Of a stretch of 64,000 bases of DNA, positions 14,019-26,370 are shown piece by piece; the first letter of the stretch is position 1; the number at the start of each line of letters is the position of its first letter. The notes under the pieces are model-generated. The model saw nothing but the letters and a program-made list of their open reading frames with translations, did not search any database and was not told the origin of the DNA. The stretch is from positions 152,607-216,606 of the forward strand of contig MNCI01000461.1 of assembly GCA_015680685.1 (NCBI GenBank), written 5' to 3'. The translations under genes and the position numbers were made by a program. Source of the stretch: Gnetum montanum (taxonomy: Eukaryota > Plantae > Gnetophyta).

Positions 14019-14229
14019 GTGCCTACTTGCCTCTAATCTTAACATGCCCTATTTGCTTTTTTCTTGCATAGTTACATTTCACATGATTTCTTGTGTTTTG
14101 CATCACTCATCTTATTATGCATTCATTCCTTTTTTCTATGCACTTTCATTTAGTTTTCTTATGCATTAAAAAATACTAAAATGCATAAAAATCACAAAAT
14201 TCAAAATTGCAAAAAAATACATATGGCCC

Positions 14230-14580
14230 ACCATGCCTAAAATTGGCCACCTTCCTTACCACACCATGGCCAAAAAAGGCCTTAAACTAGCATACAACCC
14301 ACTATGGCCTAAAACTAGCAATCCTTTTTCTTTCATTGCATTGGCCTAGAATGGCCTAAAACTATTGCCACAACCACCAAAGCCTAAAACTAGCAACACC
14401 TTGTCTTTTTATTCATGACTCGAAATAACCTTAAACTAGCAATCATCATGGCTCAAAATGGCCTTAAGCTAGAAATCATGATAGCCTGAAATGGCCTTAA
14501 ACTAGTAACGGCCCTCCTGCCATTGCCCTAAACTAGCATGGGGTCCACAAAGGACCTAATCACATCAAACTAGTGCATTA
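14230..14580 (+). repeat. Tandem array of GGCCTTAAACTAGCA-type units downstream of protease
   Basis: About 11 degenerate copies; shorter versions at 3865-3935 and 25915-25985. Confidence 0.75.
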
Positions 14581-14759
14581 CTAGCATGCAATATTTACTA
14601 AAATGAATGGAAAAATCTACACAATATGCAACACACATAGAAAAAATAGTTTATTATTACATTTTCATTAATCCATCAATAAAATACATGTCATGACTAT
14701 ATAGCAAAAATGGCCAAAAAATGCAAAACTACCCATCAACAAGGATACATTAGGATTGC

Positions 14760-15088
14760 TCAGCTAGTGGTGTCTAGTGGGGGTTGAGGCTCCTCTTCCT
14801 CTTCCTCTACTACTCCACTGGGGCCTATAATGTCACCTAGTGTCTACTTAACACGATGAAAAATAGCAAATTAATAAGTAAATGCAAAACATGCAAAACT
14901 AACATAAAAATCCAAATAACAAAAAAAAAACAACTAACCTGAGAGTGTTCCACATTAATCTCTAGAGGCAATCTATCAAGGCCCTCCTCCAAGCATTGAA
15001 GGATTTTGGCCTCTAATAGCTACATTCAACCTTCTTGGCAAAACTTAATACCTACAAGGGTCTTTCCTTTGTTCATGGTGGTCAACAT
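14760..15088 (-). pseudogene. Candidate two-exon antisense mini-gene (about 77 codons, acidic C-terminus)
   Basis: ATG at 15088, exon 15088-14939, 95-nt U-rich GT-AG intron 14938-14844, in-frame exon 14843-14760; two internal stops; TATA-like motif at about 15140. Confidence 0.45.
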
Positions 15089-15469
15089 CTTAATCAAAAG
15101 CAAGAAAATGAAAACTTAACATGGTGAAATTATGCCTATATACCCTCCTGGGGTCATTTAATGAGCCAACAACTTAGGACTATGCTCCATAGGAAATGTC
15201 TAGTGGAGAGTGTAGTTGGGTGAGAGCATACTTAGGTGAGAGTGTAGTCAACAATACTTAGCCAGAAATCATGATTTTTCACTACCCTATAAATGCACAA
15301 GTTCATTCAACTCCTAGGCATGATTGGCCCTCCCCCAAAATAGCATGTTTGACATGCCTATGGCTTGTCAAGGCCTAAAACCAAAGGAAACACACTTACC
15401 TTCCATAGCAACTTGCATGCATACTTAAGAAAATTTCATTGGATTTTTTTCTCATTTTTTATTGCATTA

Positions 15470-15711
15470 AACGGTATCAATAAAAGCAACAACAAAAGAA
15501 TCATCACAACCATCATCAATGTTTAATCAGGAAAGGGAACTTAGTCCTCAAGGCCATTCATGAACCCATAGATAAGTTCTTAACTAACTAGGAAGGGCCT
15601 TTCCTGGTTACCAAGGCCTATGAGAATAAATCATTAAAGCTTGCTAATCAAGATGGAAATGAGTTTGCCAATCTAGTAGATCATTCATACTTGAAGCCAG
15701 ATTACATCTAA
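15470..15711 (+). pseudogene. C-terminal fragment of Tat integrase (element E)
   Basis: G.LVLKAI...DKF..N*EGPF...KLANQDGNEF.N.V.HSYLKP, homologous to 38860-39055. Confidence 0.85.
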
Positions 15712-15754
15712 CATGCAACATTGCATGTCAACAAAGCAAGGTAAGCACTTGTTT

Positions 15755-16520
15755 ACTACAACGCTAAACTAGCACAGATCATCTGCTACGATGCTAAACT
15801 AGCACAAATCGTCTACTATGATACTAAACTGGCATAGATCATCTACTACGATGCTAAATTAGCACAAATAATTTTCTACAATGTTAAACTGACATAGTCA
15901 TATGCTAGAACACTAAAATAGCACAGAGGTTCACTATGACTATAAACTGGCACATAGTTCATTCACCACAATGTTAAATTGGCACAAACACTGCATTCAT
16001 CTACATTGACACTAAACTAGCACAACACCTGTCCACTACGATGCTAAATTAGCACAACATTCATCCATCATGATGCTAAACTAGCACAACTCATCCTTGG
16101 GTCATGACATTAAACTAGCATAGTAGCTTGTCCACTACAACATTAAATTGAGATACCCACAGTTCATCTGCTATGATGTTAAACTAGCATAGTTATTTGC
16201 TATGATCCTAAATTGGCATAACATTCATTTTCCATGGCATTAAACTAACATAGCCATATGCTATGATGCTAAACTAACACAACATTTGTTTGCTACAATG
16301 TTAAACTAGCATAGAATTCATTCACTATGGTGCTAAACTACCACAACACTCATTTTCTATAATGCTAAACTAGCACACATACAACATTCATCCACTACCA
16401 TGCTAAGCTGGCACATAGCAATCTGCTAGGTCTATAAACTAGCATAGCATGGTGTGCCAAGATCTTAAAGTGGGTTCACAGTCTACTAGGATTTTAAACT
16501 AGCAAGGCCATGGTCTACTA
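15755..16520 (+). repeat. Long 3' UTR tandem array with TAAACTRGCA core (element E)
   Basis: More than 20 units of about 29-38 bp, CTAYGATGYTAAACTRGCAY plus a variable linker. Confidence 0.9.
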
Positions 16521-17761
16521 GGAAGCCACTAATAACTCCTTCCATCCTCTTGCAAGTGAGAAAGTGAGCATAGCACTTGCACAAGCATGTTGTAGTCCTA
16601 GAATGGATCTTTTGCCATGGGAGTAGCCTTTGGAGCACTTGTAGCATCTTCGCCCCTCACCATTTCATTTTCTTTTTGAGCACTTACCATTGTTGTAGCC
16701 TTGGAGAACTTGTAGCATTTAGGCCCCCTACCATTTTTCTAACCTTTAGAGCACTTGTAGCATCTTTGCCTCCTATAATTTATTGGCATTTTTCTTTTTG
16801 TTTTGTGGTGTTCTTGTCTTGTCAGAGTTGTGTTTATAGGTTAAAGCCCTAGATAGTCATACAAAGGTGCATCTCATTGCAACAGCAAATCACCACATTA
16901 CTTCAATGTACATGATTGGACTAGCTAAGCCTCTCAAGAGTGCATGTCCTCTATATCCCATTATAGCCTACTCACATCTACTCCTACATCCCAATACCCT
17001 TTCACTCCCCACATAGCAAAGATTGCAATGTCTTGGACATTCACATGCTATGACCACATGGCATCCTCTTCAAGTCAAACTATAGAACCCAAGGTAGATG
17101 TAACATAGGTCATCCCATGGGAAGCCTCTATTGGCTAGTCAAAGCCTAGGTAGATGTAACACAAGTCAACCTAGGGAGGAAACACCTATCATATAGATGC
17201 AACGTAGTTTCATAAACACCAAAGAAAATCCCATCTAGTAACACATAAGCCACTTGATGGAAACCACCTCATAGCAAGAATTTAGAAACATGCAAAGGCC
17301 AAAGCAAGTTTTCCCCATAAAAAAAGAGAAAATAAATTTAAAAAAAAAAGGAAAAAGTGATAGAGCACATCCTCAAGCAATCCAAAAGTGCTACAATTTT
17401 GCAACTGTTCTAACCTTGAATCCACATTGACTCTCTAATGAGAACTCCAATGAGAGGTCAATGTTTTCAAGGGTAAGCCACTCTGGTGCCATGGTCACCA
17501 TTAGCTGTGATCTCGTTGCATCATAACATCATGTTTGCACCTCATTTTCCCTACTATTCCTAACACATCATCTCCACCTTTTACTATCACTTTTCACCTA
17601 CTAGCTAGCATACCACTATCCATAGCACTTTTAAGCATGGTGCGATGACATCTAATTTGGTACTGAGGAGTGATGCTGGTGCCAAGTTTGTTGTGATGTT
17701 TTGCTATTCTTTGTTGATGTCTCTTGGGCAACTCCTCTAGATGTCAACAAAGAGGGGCCAA

Positions 17762-19297
17762 TGAAACACCACCAATTCCAAACTAAGGCATCTTAATTCC
17801 AATTTTTTCTAAGTGTTGAGACTACACTCTTCACTACCCCATAGCATAGTTAGCCTCTTGTGGAGAGCATAGACAACATGAAGGCTAGTCTTGCAATTTT
17901 TTCTCTAAGTGTCGTCATAAAGCTAGTTGCTATAGATTTTTGTAAGTGCTAGGACTACACTCTCCATTGCCCCAAAGCATAGTTAGGCTCTCATGAAAAG
18001 TGTAGTTAGCATGAAAGCCCATTTTTTGTATAATTTTTCTAAGTGCTAGGACTATGCTCTCTACTACCCCATAGTGTAGTCAACCTCTTGTGGAAAGCAT
18101 AGTCAGCATGAAAGCCCATTTTTTATAGAATTTTTCTAAGTATGGGACTACGCTCTCACCTAGTCCAGAGTGTAGTTAAGTGTAGTTAGCAAGAACAGTC
18201 TCCAGTGGCCTCCACAACATAGCATAGGCACTTAGCTTAGCTCCAACTCACCTTTGGCAAGTGTAGTTAGCAAAATGCTTCTTTTTGTATCTCCTTTTTA
18301 ACTCCAAAATTGTAACTATGCTCGATCCCACACAAGATAGTGTAGAGTATAGTCCCAAAAATTAGTCTTCAAAATTGTATTTTTTAGATACCTTGTGGTC
18401 CTTTTAGCACACACATGCAGTTGGTAGCCTAGTCACAGTCTTGTAGTCTTGCAGAGTCTAGTAGAGCACAGTAAATCATGATACCACGAACCTCAGTGGA
18501 GAGTGTAGTTGGATGATAGCATAGTCCAACTATACCCTAAACCAATTGTTACCTCTGCCATGTGGTATTTGCCTCACATTTCATGCTAAACATAATCCTA
18601 TAAGTACCTCTACCTTCAATGTTTTTTATAGTTCAAAAAATTTAAGTAGTTGGAAAAATTGAAGTGGTTGGTGGAAAAGTTGAAGTGTTGACATATCAGT
18701 AAAGTTACAGATGATCATAGCCAACCATAGTCCACTAGAACACTACAATCAATGGTACACTATAGTGGCCAACCTGCCAAGCACAAACACCTTAGTGGAA
18801 TGTCAATCTTCATAGCTAGACATCCCTAAGACTATGACTATGCTATCCACTACGTCTATTGTACATCACGTATCTTCTAATTCATTTTGGTGCTAACTAT
18901 GTTCAACCCCATTTGGGGTGGTGTTCTACTTCTCTCTCTTTCTCTTTTCATTTTTAGCATTTTATTTGCATTTTTCATTATTCATTGCATAGCCACACCT
19001 GAAACCACACTTGGGTGGTTGTCCTAGCATGTTGACACCCTCATTTTTGCAAAAAATATTGACTACGCTTGACATTGTTAACACTATTGACACCACTTGA
19101 ACACTTAGCATCATTTTACATCAACACCATACCTAACCACGCTACATCCCTGTTGCATCTGGTAAGTCCTTGTTCGATCGACCAAACCATTCAGGGCACC
19201 CTTTCTCTGTCCCTAGTAATCCCTCACAAAGACTTAAGATTAGGCTATCCACCTATTAACCTTGATGTCCTAATTGCTACCATTTTTTGTTGCCACA
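17762..19297 (+). repeat. 3' LTR of element E (no partner LTR in window)
   Basis: PPT AAAGAGGGGCCAA at 17749-17761, TGAAACACCA start, TTTTTGTTGCCACA end; same motif vocabulary as the A and B LTRs but not colinear with either. Confidence 0.85.
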
Positions 19298-19616
19298 ACA
19301 CCTTGCATAGAAAACTTTGAGAAATGACAATGATTAAACCAACACTATAGGAGAAAATGGACCATTTAAAAAACATGTACATTCTCTACCAATAGGAAAC
19401 TTCACAATTCTTAAGAAGAGACTTAAGAAAGCTAAGAGGACATGTAGGTAAAATGGAGGAGGCATCTTTATGTGATCCAAACTTCTACAAGTCAACCATA
19501 GACTGAGCTTAAAGAAAGATTTCATTTAGTTGTGGTTGAACTAGACGTAGCCTAGTGCTAGCTCTTCCAAGTGAAAAGGAGTCATGAGTAGTTCCAAGCT
19601 AATGTTTAGGAATGAC

Positions 19617-20145
19617 TGAAACACCACTCAAAAAAATTCATGTTGCAACTTATTGGCATTATAACCTTCACCATTAAACTTGAGGTAAGATCTTATTATA
19701 AATGTAAGGTTTGTAGTTCATGGGCTACAATCTTACATCCTTTAACTTTCTAAGGCTGAAAAATGCCTCATAAGTTGTTATTGCCTTACTTCCTATGGGG
19801 AAAAAGCTATATTAAGTATATATTTAGAATTGGAAAGGTTGAAAATTCCTTGGGAATTGCCAAATTTGGGTTTTTCATGGATTTTAAACTGGTCTAAGCA
19901 AAACCTATACTAGAACCACCTATAGCTAGTGTAGTAATTATTAGGCTTTAATTTTCACAACAAGGCTAGCATAGTTTTCATGAAACCTAGCATAGCTTCT
20001 CAAGGATAGTGTAATTTTGATGAAGATAGTGTAGTTTCTAAAGTTAGTTTTCTTTTTATAGTACCCAGCATATTTTTGATGGCCTTGGTACATCAAACTT
20101 ACCATAAGTGGAGCTACATTGGAAATGATGGCCTATCATACCTAC
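19617..20145 (+). repeat. 5' part of the D 5' LTR
   Basis: Colinear with 53494-54002. Confidence 0.9.
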
Positions 20146-21705
20146 TAAAATACCACAAAATTTTGGATCTCAACATCTCAACTACAAATTTCATTAAGTG
20201 TTAAAATAGTGGCACTTTGTCCAAATTTTTCTAAGTGTTAAGTATAGTCAATTCCAACTACTAGATTTGCAAAAATTTTCTAAGTGTCAGAATGATGACA
20301 CAAGCTGCAAAATTTTTCTAAGTGTTGTGCTACACTCTAGCATTGTACTGTAGCTGCTACACTCCCCTACACTCAACAGTGTAGCAAGTGTAGCCAACAC
20401 ACAAATGGCCAATTTTGTATAATTTTTCTAAGTGTTGTGCTACACTCCCACTACCCTTGCTATGCTCTAGAGCACAACCAACATAGCTAGCACCTTAGTG
20501 GCTAATTTTACCTAAGTGTTAATCCAGAAGCTGTTAAGCTAGCTCAACATGGAAGAGGAATTTGGTATATTTTCTAACTCTTCAGGCTACCCCTCCTACT
20601 ATGCTCTAGATCATAGCTAGCGTATCAAGAACAAGGATTACAATTTTTACTATATTCTTCTAAGTGTCCATGTTATGCCTTATCCTCGGGGAGCATCCCA
20701 TGTCCCATGTATAACACGAGAGGAAAGTAGCAACTAGAGTTAAAAGAATTTTTAAACTTTTTTTCTCACCTTTAAACTTAGAAATTTTTTTGAATTTTTC
20801 TCATAGTCCCATGTACCACACTACCACATGGTACCTCGATCTGCATTTTAGGCTAATCATAGCCCTATAGATATCCCTATGCCCCAATGTTTTAAGGGTT
20901 GGTTCGCTTCCATTTTTCACTAGTTGGTAGTTGGCACCTTCATTTGGCATTTGGCATTTTGACATCTTGGCACTTAGCTCTATGGGAAAATGAGACCTAG
21001 AGCCACCACACTAGTAGAGAGGCATCCTTGCACTGCACGGTACACCATGGCCCCATTACAACCTTACACTGCATAGTACAACATGGCCCCATTGCAGACC
21101 TACACTATATGATACATCATAGTGGCCAACCTGGTAGACATGATTCATCACAGGGAGTGCCAGACTTCATGGCCTGACACCACTAAGACTATAGTTGCAC
21201 TTCCACTATGCCTGTTGTACATTGTGTACCTTCTGAGACCCTTTTGGAGTTAACTATGTTCCCATTTGGGGTGGTGTTCCATTGCTCTCTCATATTTCTA
21301 GTATTTTATTGCATTTTTTCTACATTTTTTACACTTTTTCACATGTCGTCATGCTATACTATTCTTAGGTGGTAGTCTCTGCTAGTTGACACCCTCATTT
21401 CGGTTGAAACCCTTAGCTTTTCTTAGCCCCATTCTGTGGCTACACTTTACAATTAGCATCATGAAGCATCACTTTGATACTTAGTACTAGTTCACATCAC
21501 TTTCATTTGCATTTCAGCTAACCATGCCACCATTTAGTTGCACCCACTACCCCAGTTACAATTGCCAAAGTCACTATTTTATCAACAAAACCATTTAGGG
21601 CACTTTGTCTACATTTCTAGTAAGGCCCTTACATAGAGGGAGCGTTAAGGCCATGCATCCATTGATCCCTTGGTGTTCTAGCCACCAATGTTTCTGGTCA
21701 TTATA
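20146..21705 (+). repeat. 5' LTR of A2
   Basis: Homologous to 27517-29134; termini mutated to TA...TA. Confidence 0.9.
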
Positions 21706-21711
21706 GTTTTT

Positions 21712-21728
21712 TGGCACTAGAAGGAGGG
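21712..21728 (+). other. Primer binding site (tRNA-Asn type)
   Basis: TGGCACTAGAAGGAGGG just after the LTR. Confidence 0.8.
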
Positions 21729-21924
21729 CCTTGCCATTTCTTTCTATATTTTCTAATTATTGTCCCACATGATCTCTCCACCACTAGTTGGTGTAGAGTG
21801 GACCCTATCATTGGTTCCCCTAGAACCTTGCTAGAAAAAAGCTAATGTGTATCTTTGGCACTTAACCAAAATTCTAGGAACTCAGGAGAGTGTAGCTATC
21901 TTTAGTGTAGTGAGCGTAGCACTA

Positions 21925-22185
21925 GAGTTAGCCATTTTTAGTAGCTTTCAGAGTTAGCCATTTTTTTCTGCATTTTCATACTTAGCCAATTTTTTGCAAT
22001 TTCATACTCAGCCAAATTTTTGTAGTTTTATACTTAGTCAATTTTTTTGTAGTTTTCATACTTAGCCATTTTTCTACATTTTTACACTTAGTCATTATTT
22101 TTTAAATTTTTATACTTAGCCATTTTTTTGCTACTAGTAGACTTAGTTATTTTTCTATAGTTTTTAGAGTTATCCATTTTTTGCA
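21925..22185 (+). repeat. Leader tandem repeat of A2
   Basis: About 9 ACTTAGCCATTTTT-type units. Confidence 0.8.
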
Positions 22186-22216
22186 AATAGCAACTCTGAC
22201 AACCTTATTTGTGAAC

Positions 22217-25200
22217 ATGAATCTAGATCAACATTCCACGTTGGTGTCTAATACATTTGACACCATGATCCTCCCAAAGCATGCCATGCTAAGCCATGAA
22301 TAATACACTTTTTTTATGCCAAAGTCCAAGTAGGATTACCAGTGGATCACCTCAACCTAGAGGCAAACCAAGATTACGAATGAGTCCATCGAGGTGGACA
22401 GGAGTACAACCCCTTATTATTTGACATAATTCCACTCACAAAGTCCTATCACCAGTTGTTGTCCCAACTCATCTATGCAAATGAGCATGATGTAGGGACA
22501 ATCTACGAAGAAGCCTCATAAGAGGAAGAAGACAAGTTTGAGGCATGTTCCAAATGCAAGAGCCCCTTCTACACCGTCTTCCACCAACCACTCCCTAGTA
22601 TGGCCCCTCCTCAATTCGGTCCATCCATCCTCTCTAAGATGGTGACCATGCCAATTCAGCCATCCTTGCAAGTGATCACTACATTTTCCCAACCCTATGC
22701 TCATGTAGGGGCTACCTCCCAACCCCAAATGATTCAGGAATCCTACATCTTTCCTATCTCATCAACTCCCATGGCATCCATCCAACCCACATGTGTGTGG
22801 CCCACCTCAGTCACCACACCCATCACTCAACCAACACATCAACTAAACCCATTTGCTACAACCTTAAACTAGCAATGATCATCTGCTATGATGTTAAACT
22901 AGAAAACTTCATAACCAACAATCCAACCCTATGCTATGAAATCAACACAAGCCTAACCAATGCAACTAGCTAGCACATCCCCAAGCTTGGATCAAGCATT
23001 CCAACTAACCCAAAGTTTGATAGAAGAGATCAACCAACTCAAAGCTACCTCCTTCGAAATCATTAAGGTGGTGGACTTCTACCGAGATGACCCCATAAGT
23101 CCTACTGTATTACCCCTAACTCTTCCAACTGGGGTCTAGCTACCTCAACTCACCAAGTACAATGGTAAAGGGGATCCCAATGCACACTTGGTCACATTTC
23201 AATCTAAGTGCTTGCTCCTTCAAGCTTGGCCACATGTCATCATGCGCATGTTCCCCATGTTACTCATTGGCAAGGCCTTAGACTGGTATCATGCATTATC
23301 CAAGGTCTCAATCTCTTCTTTGGAGGATCTCATAAGCTAGTTTGTGGCATGCTTTAGGTACAACCTAAGCCCTAAAGAAACCATTGACTAGCTCATGTAG
23401 GCTAAGTAGGGGTCCCTAGAGCCCATGCCAAAATTCCTTCAATGCTGGAATGCTGCATTGAGTGAAATGTATGAACCCCTAGTAGAGACACACCTACTGG
23501 CCATCTTCAAGGGTGTAGTGAATAATTTCATCAAGTCCAAGCTATATTACCTAGCCCAAAAGTCTCTTAGCCAAGCCTTTGCCCAAACAAAGGGCATAGA
23601 GGATGCAACATAGGCTAGCAATCACCCTACCTATGTGGCCTATAGAAACCAACATGTGCACAAGTAAAATGTAGCACTGGCAATAGTGGCCACAAGTACA
23701 AAAGTGACCAACTAGGGCCCAATGACTAAGTAGCCCAAGGCTCTAGATCACAAAGCCATCAACTTTGGTACCAACTCACCTACATTGGCAAGGGCCACCC
23801 CAAGGTCCAACTTTGAGCACAAGGATTGCTCAAAGTATAGACTACTACTGATGGAACCCTTTAAATTGCTGGAGTAACTCCTCAAAGCTAGGCAAATTCA
23901 ATAAAAACACATATCAGAGATTACCCACCAAAAACATGATAGGTATAGAGAAATACTAAGGAGTCCCACCTTAGTAGTACCAAACAAGCCCCCAATCCTA
24001 TAACATTTCAAGCTAGACCAATACTATCATTACTACCAAATGTTTGGTCATAATATAGACAACTGTCGTGCTTTGCAAGATGACCTACAAAGAATGATAG
24101 AACAGGATCAATTGGTGCACATTGCAGTAAGCCAATCCAATGCAGATGACACCCCCTATGTCATAAACTCCATCAGCATAGGCGACAAGTCTAAACCTAC
24201 ATAACAACCTTTTGTGATTTGTGTCCCTTCTAGCAAGGCAAGGATCCCCTAGCTTGTAGAAGAAAGAGGCCTTCTTTTGTTATCAAAGTTCCACATCAAG
24301 CACCCACAACATCCTTTGTGGTCAAGGTTCCATAATAATCATCTACTAAGATGTTAAATTGGCAACCAAACCAACCATCTTCTAAGACATTAAACTAGCA
24401 TGATGCAACAACAACAACCACTAAGCAACCTTTCGTCATTAAGGTGCCATAATGAGTTGGCCCTACAACAACTCCTAAACCACCATTTGTCATAAGGGTG
24501 CCACAACGTGATGGCCCCTCACCTACCCAAAGCCTAAGAGTAAGCAATGTCTCGGTCTCTTCTCCTTCAAGTGCCAACCCCACTAGTAACCCAAGTAGGC
24601 CTACCAAATGGCAACATAAGAGGACAAACAAGTGCCTTGCAACCCTCATGGCTAAAGCAAAGGCCATAACTAGCAAGAAACAACTAAACATTAGGAATCC
24701 TACCCCCAAGCAAGCCAAGCAACCTAAGCCCAACTCCCCTCTATAAGAGATCTGTCTCTCAAGCCATATGAAGGAAGTCAAGGCCAACACAGTGGTCGAT
24801 GACAAGGACTTTCTAGCTGTACTAACCCAAGTGAAATAAATGCTCAAGAAAAAGAACACAATGTTGAGCTTGTACAACCTAGTCATGTCTAAATCTACTG
24901 ACTACTAAGCCTTCGCCTAGATGTTGGCCTCCATTCCTGTTATAGAGGACATCCTTGTAGATGAGAACACCATCTGTGCAATGATGTCACCTCCTACACC
25001 ATAAGAGGTAAGTTCAAAATCCCTAGAATTTTGCAACAATGCAATCAAGGTCAACCATAAAAGATGGGAGCTCACTACAACTTGACTATCTATTAGCATA
25101 TTTGTTGGGTAGTGCATGATTTGCAGAGTGCATGTTAATGATGGTGCAGCAAAAAATGTAGTCGTATACTCCATCATCGACAAGCTAGGCTTGGAAAATG

Positions 25201-25689
25201 GAATCAAGGCAATCAAAACCATGTGTCTAAAATTTTTCAATGGATCATCCATCACCATCAAGGGGAAAATCAACTTAGCCTTTGTTGTAGGAGAGTAATT
25301 CCCCACTAGGATAGATTTCACTATCATAGATGAGATGCCAAGCTTCAACCTAATCCTGGGTAGGCCTTAGCTAGCTCAACTATGGGTTGTCTTCTCTTCC
25401 ATGCACCAAGAATTCCAACTTCCATACAAAGGTGGTCAAGTTATCATCTATGATGATAATGGCTCCCCTCTAGCTATCCACAACATAGTCATGAAGCAAG
25501 TGTTGGAGGTGGATTTTCTTGGTGATGCATCTAAGGCAACCAATGTAATGCATGAGGTTGACACACCCAAACAAGTGGTTGAAGCCAATAACCTCAAAGA
25601 GGACCCTAGGCTCTATGAATCCCCTAATCTAAACCAAATGAGGAAACAATTGCCTGATCAAGGCACTTCCTTGGCCAAAAATGTGTTAG
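22217..25689 (+). pseudogene. gag-protease pseudogene of A2
   Basis: KYNGKGDPNAHL, degenerate knuckle near 24020-24070, RVHVNDGAAKNVV protease (25116-25298). Confidence 0.88.
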
Positions 25690-26144
25690 GTGCCTACCTA
25701 CCCCTTACCTCCACTTACCATGGATCTTTTACTTTCATTTGCATTGCACTAGTCTATGCATTTACATTTTGCCTACTCACTTAGATCATGCATTTCATTC
25801 TATTCATGCATTTTTATGCATTCACCCATTTAGACTATGCATTACATTTGAAAAACATCAAAAATAAATAAAAATCATAAACATTAAAATTACAACAACA
25901 ACTATGACCTGCCATGGCCTTAAATTGGAAATTATGGCTTGAAAAGACCTTAAACTAGTTTTGTGAGCTAAACGACCTAAAATTATTACTTTTCACATTG
26001 ATTTCCTTTCATTTGTGCAATTTAACTCTATTTACAATAGTTTCCACTTGATGTTGATTTTCTAGCTGATTTTTGTAGGATCTTGTAGGTACATAGCATG
26101 ACTATGCATGTAGCATTGCACCTCACACAAGCAAGGTAAGCACT

Positions 26145-26370
26145 CATCCATCCTGATGAAAAAAATTGGCACAAATAGTCTACTATGACTGTAAACTGAC
26201 ACAACATATCCTTGGGCTACAACATTAAACTAGCATCCATAGCTCGTCCTTGGATCATGATGTTAAACTAACATAATAGCTCATCCACTATGATGTTAAA
26301 CTAGCACACAATAGTCTACTAGGACTAAAACTAGTACTCCATGGTCTACTAAGACCTTAAACTGGGTTTG
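26145..26370 (+). repeat. 3' UTR TAAACTRGCA array (A2)
   Basis: Copy of 4095-4320. Confidence 0.8.

Larger units (their letters stand above)
1..14071 (+). repeat. Direct segmental duplicate of about 22043-36158
   Basis: Colinear across A internal, A LTR, D LTR, D leader, B LTR and B gag-pro, including both insertion junctions. Confidence 0.93.

Noticed and set aside
1-14071. Assembly artefact as the cause of the duplication
   Set aside because: The copies differ by many transitions and indels, indicating an old real duplication
15755-16520. CRISPR-like repeat-spacer array
   Set aside because: The linkers are only about 10-18 bp and related to one another, the repeats are degenerate, there are no cas genes, and the context is a retrotransposon 3' UTR
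17090-17460. Hammerhead ribozyme / retrozyme in the 3' region
   Set aside because: No CTGANGA...GAAA core with flanking helices could be found by eye
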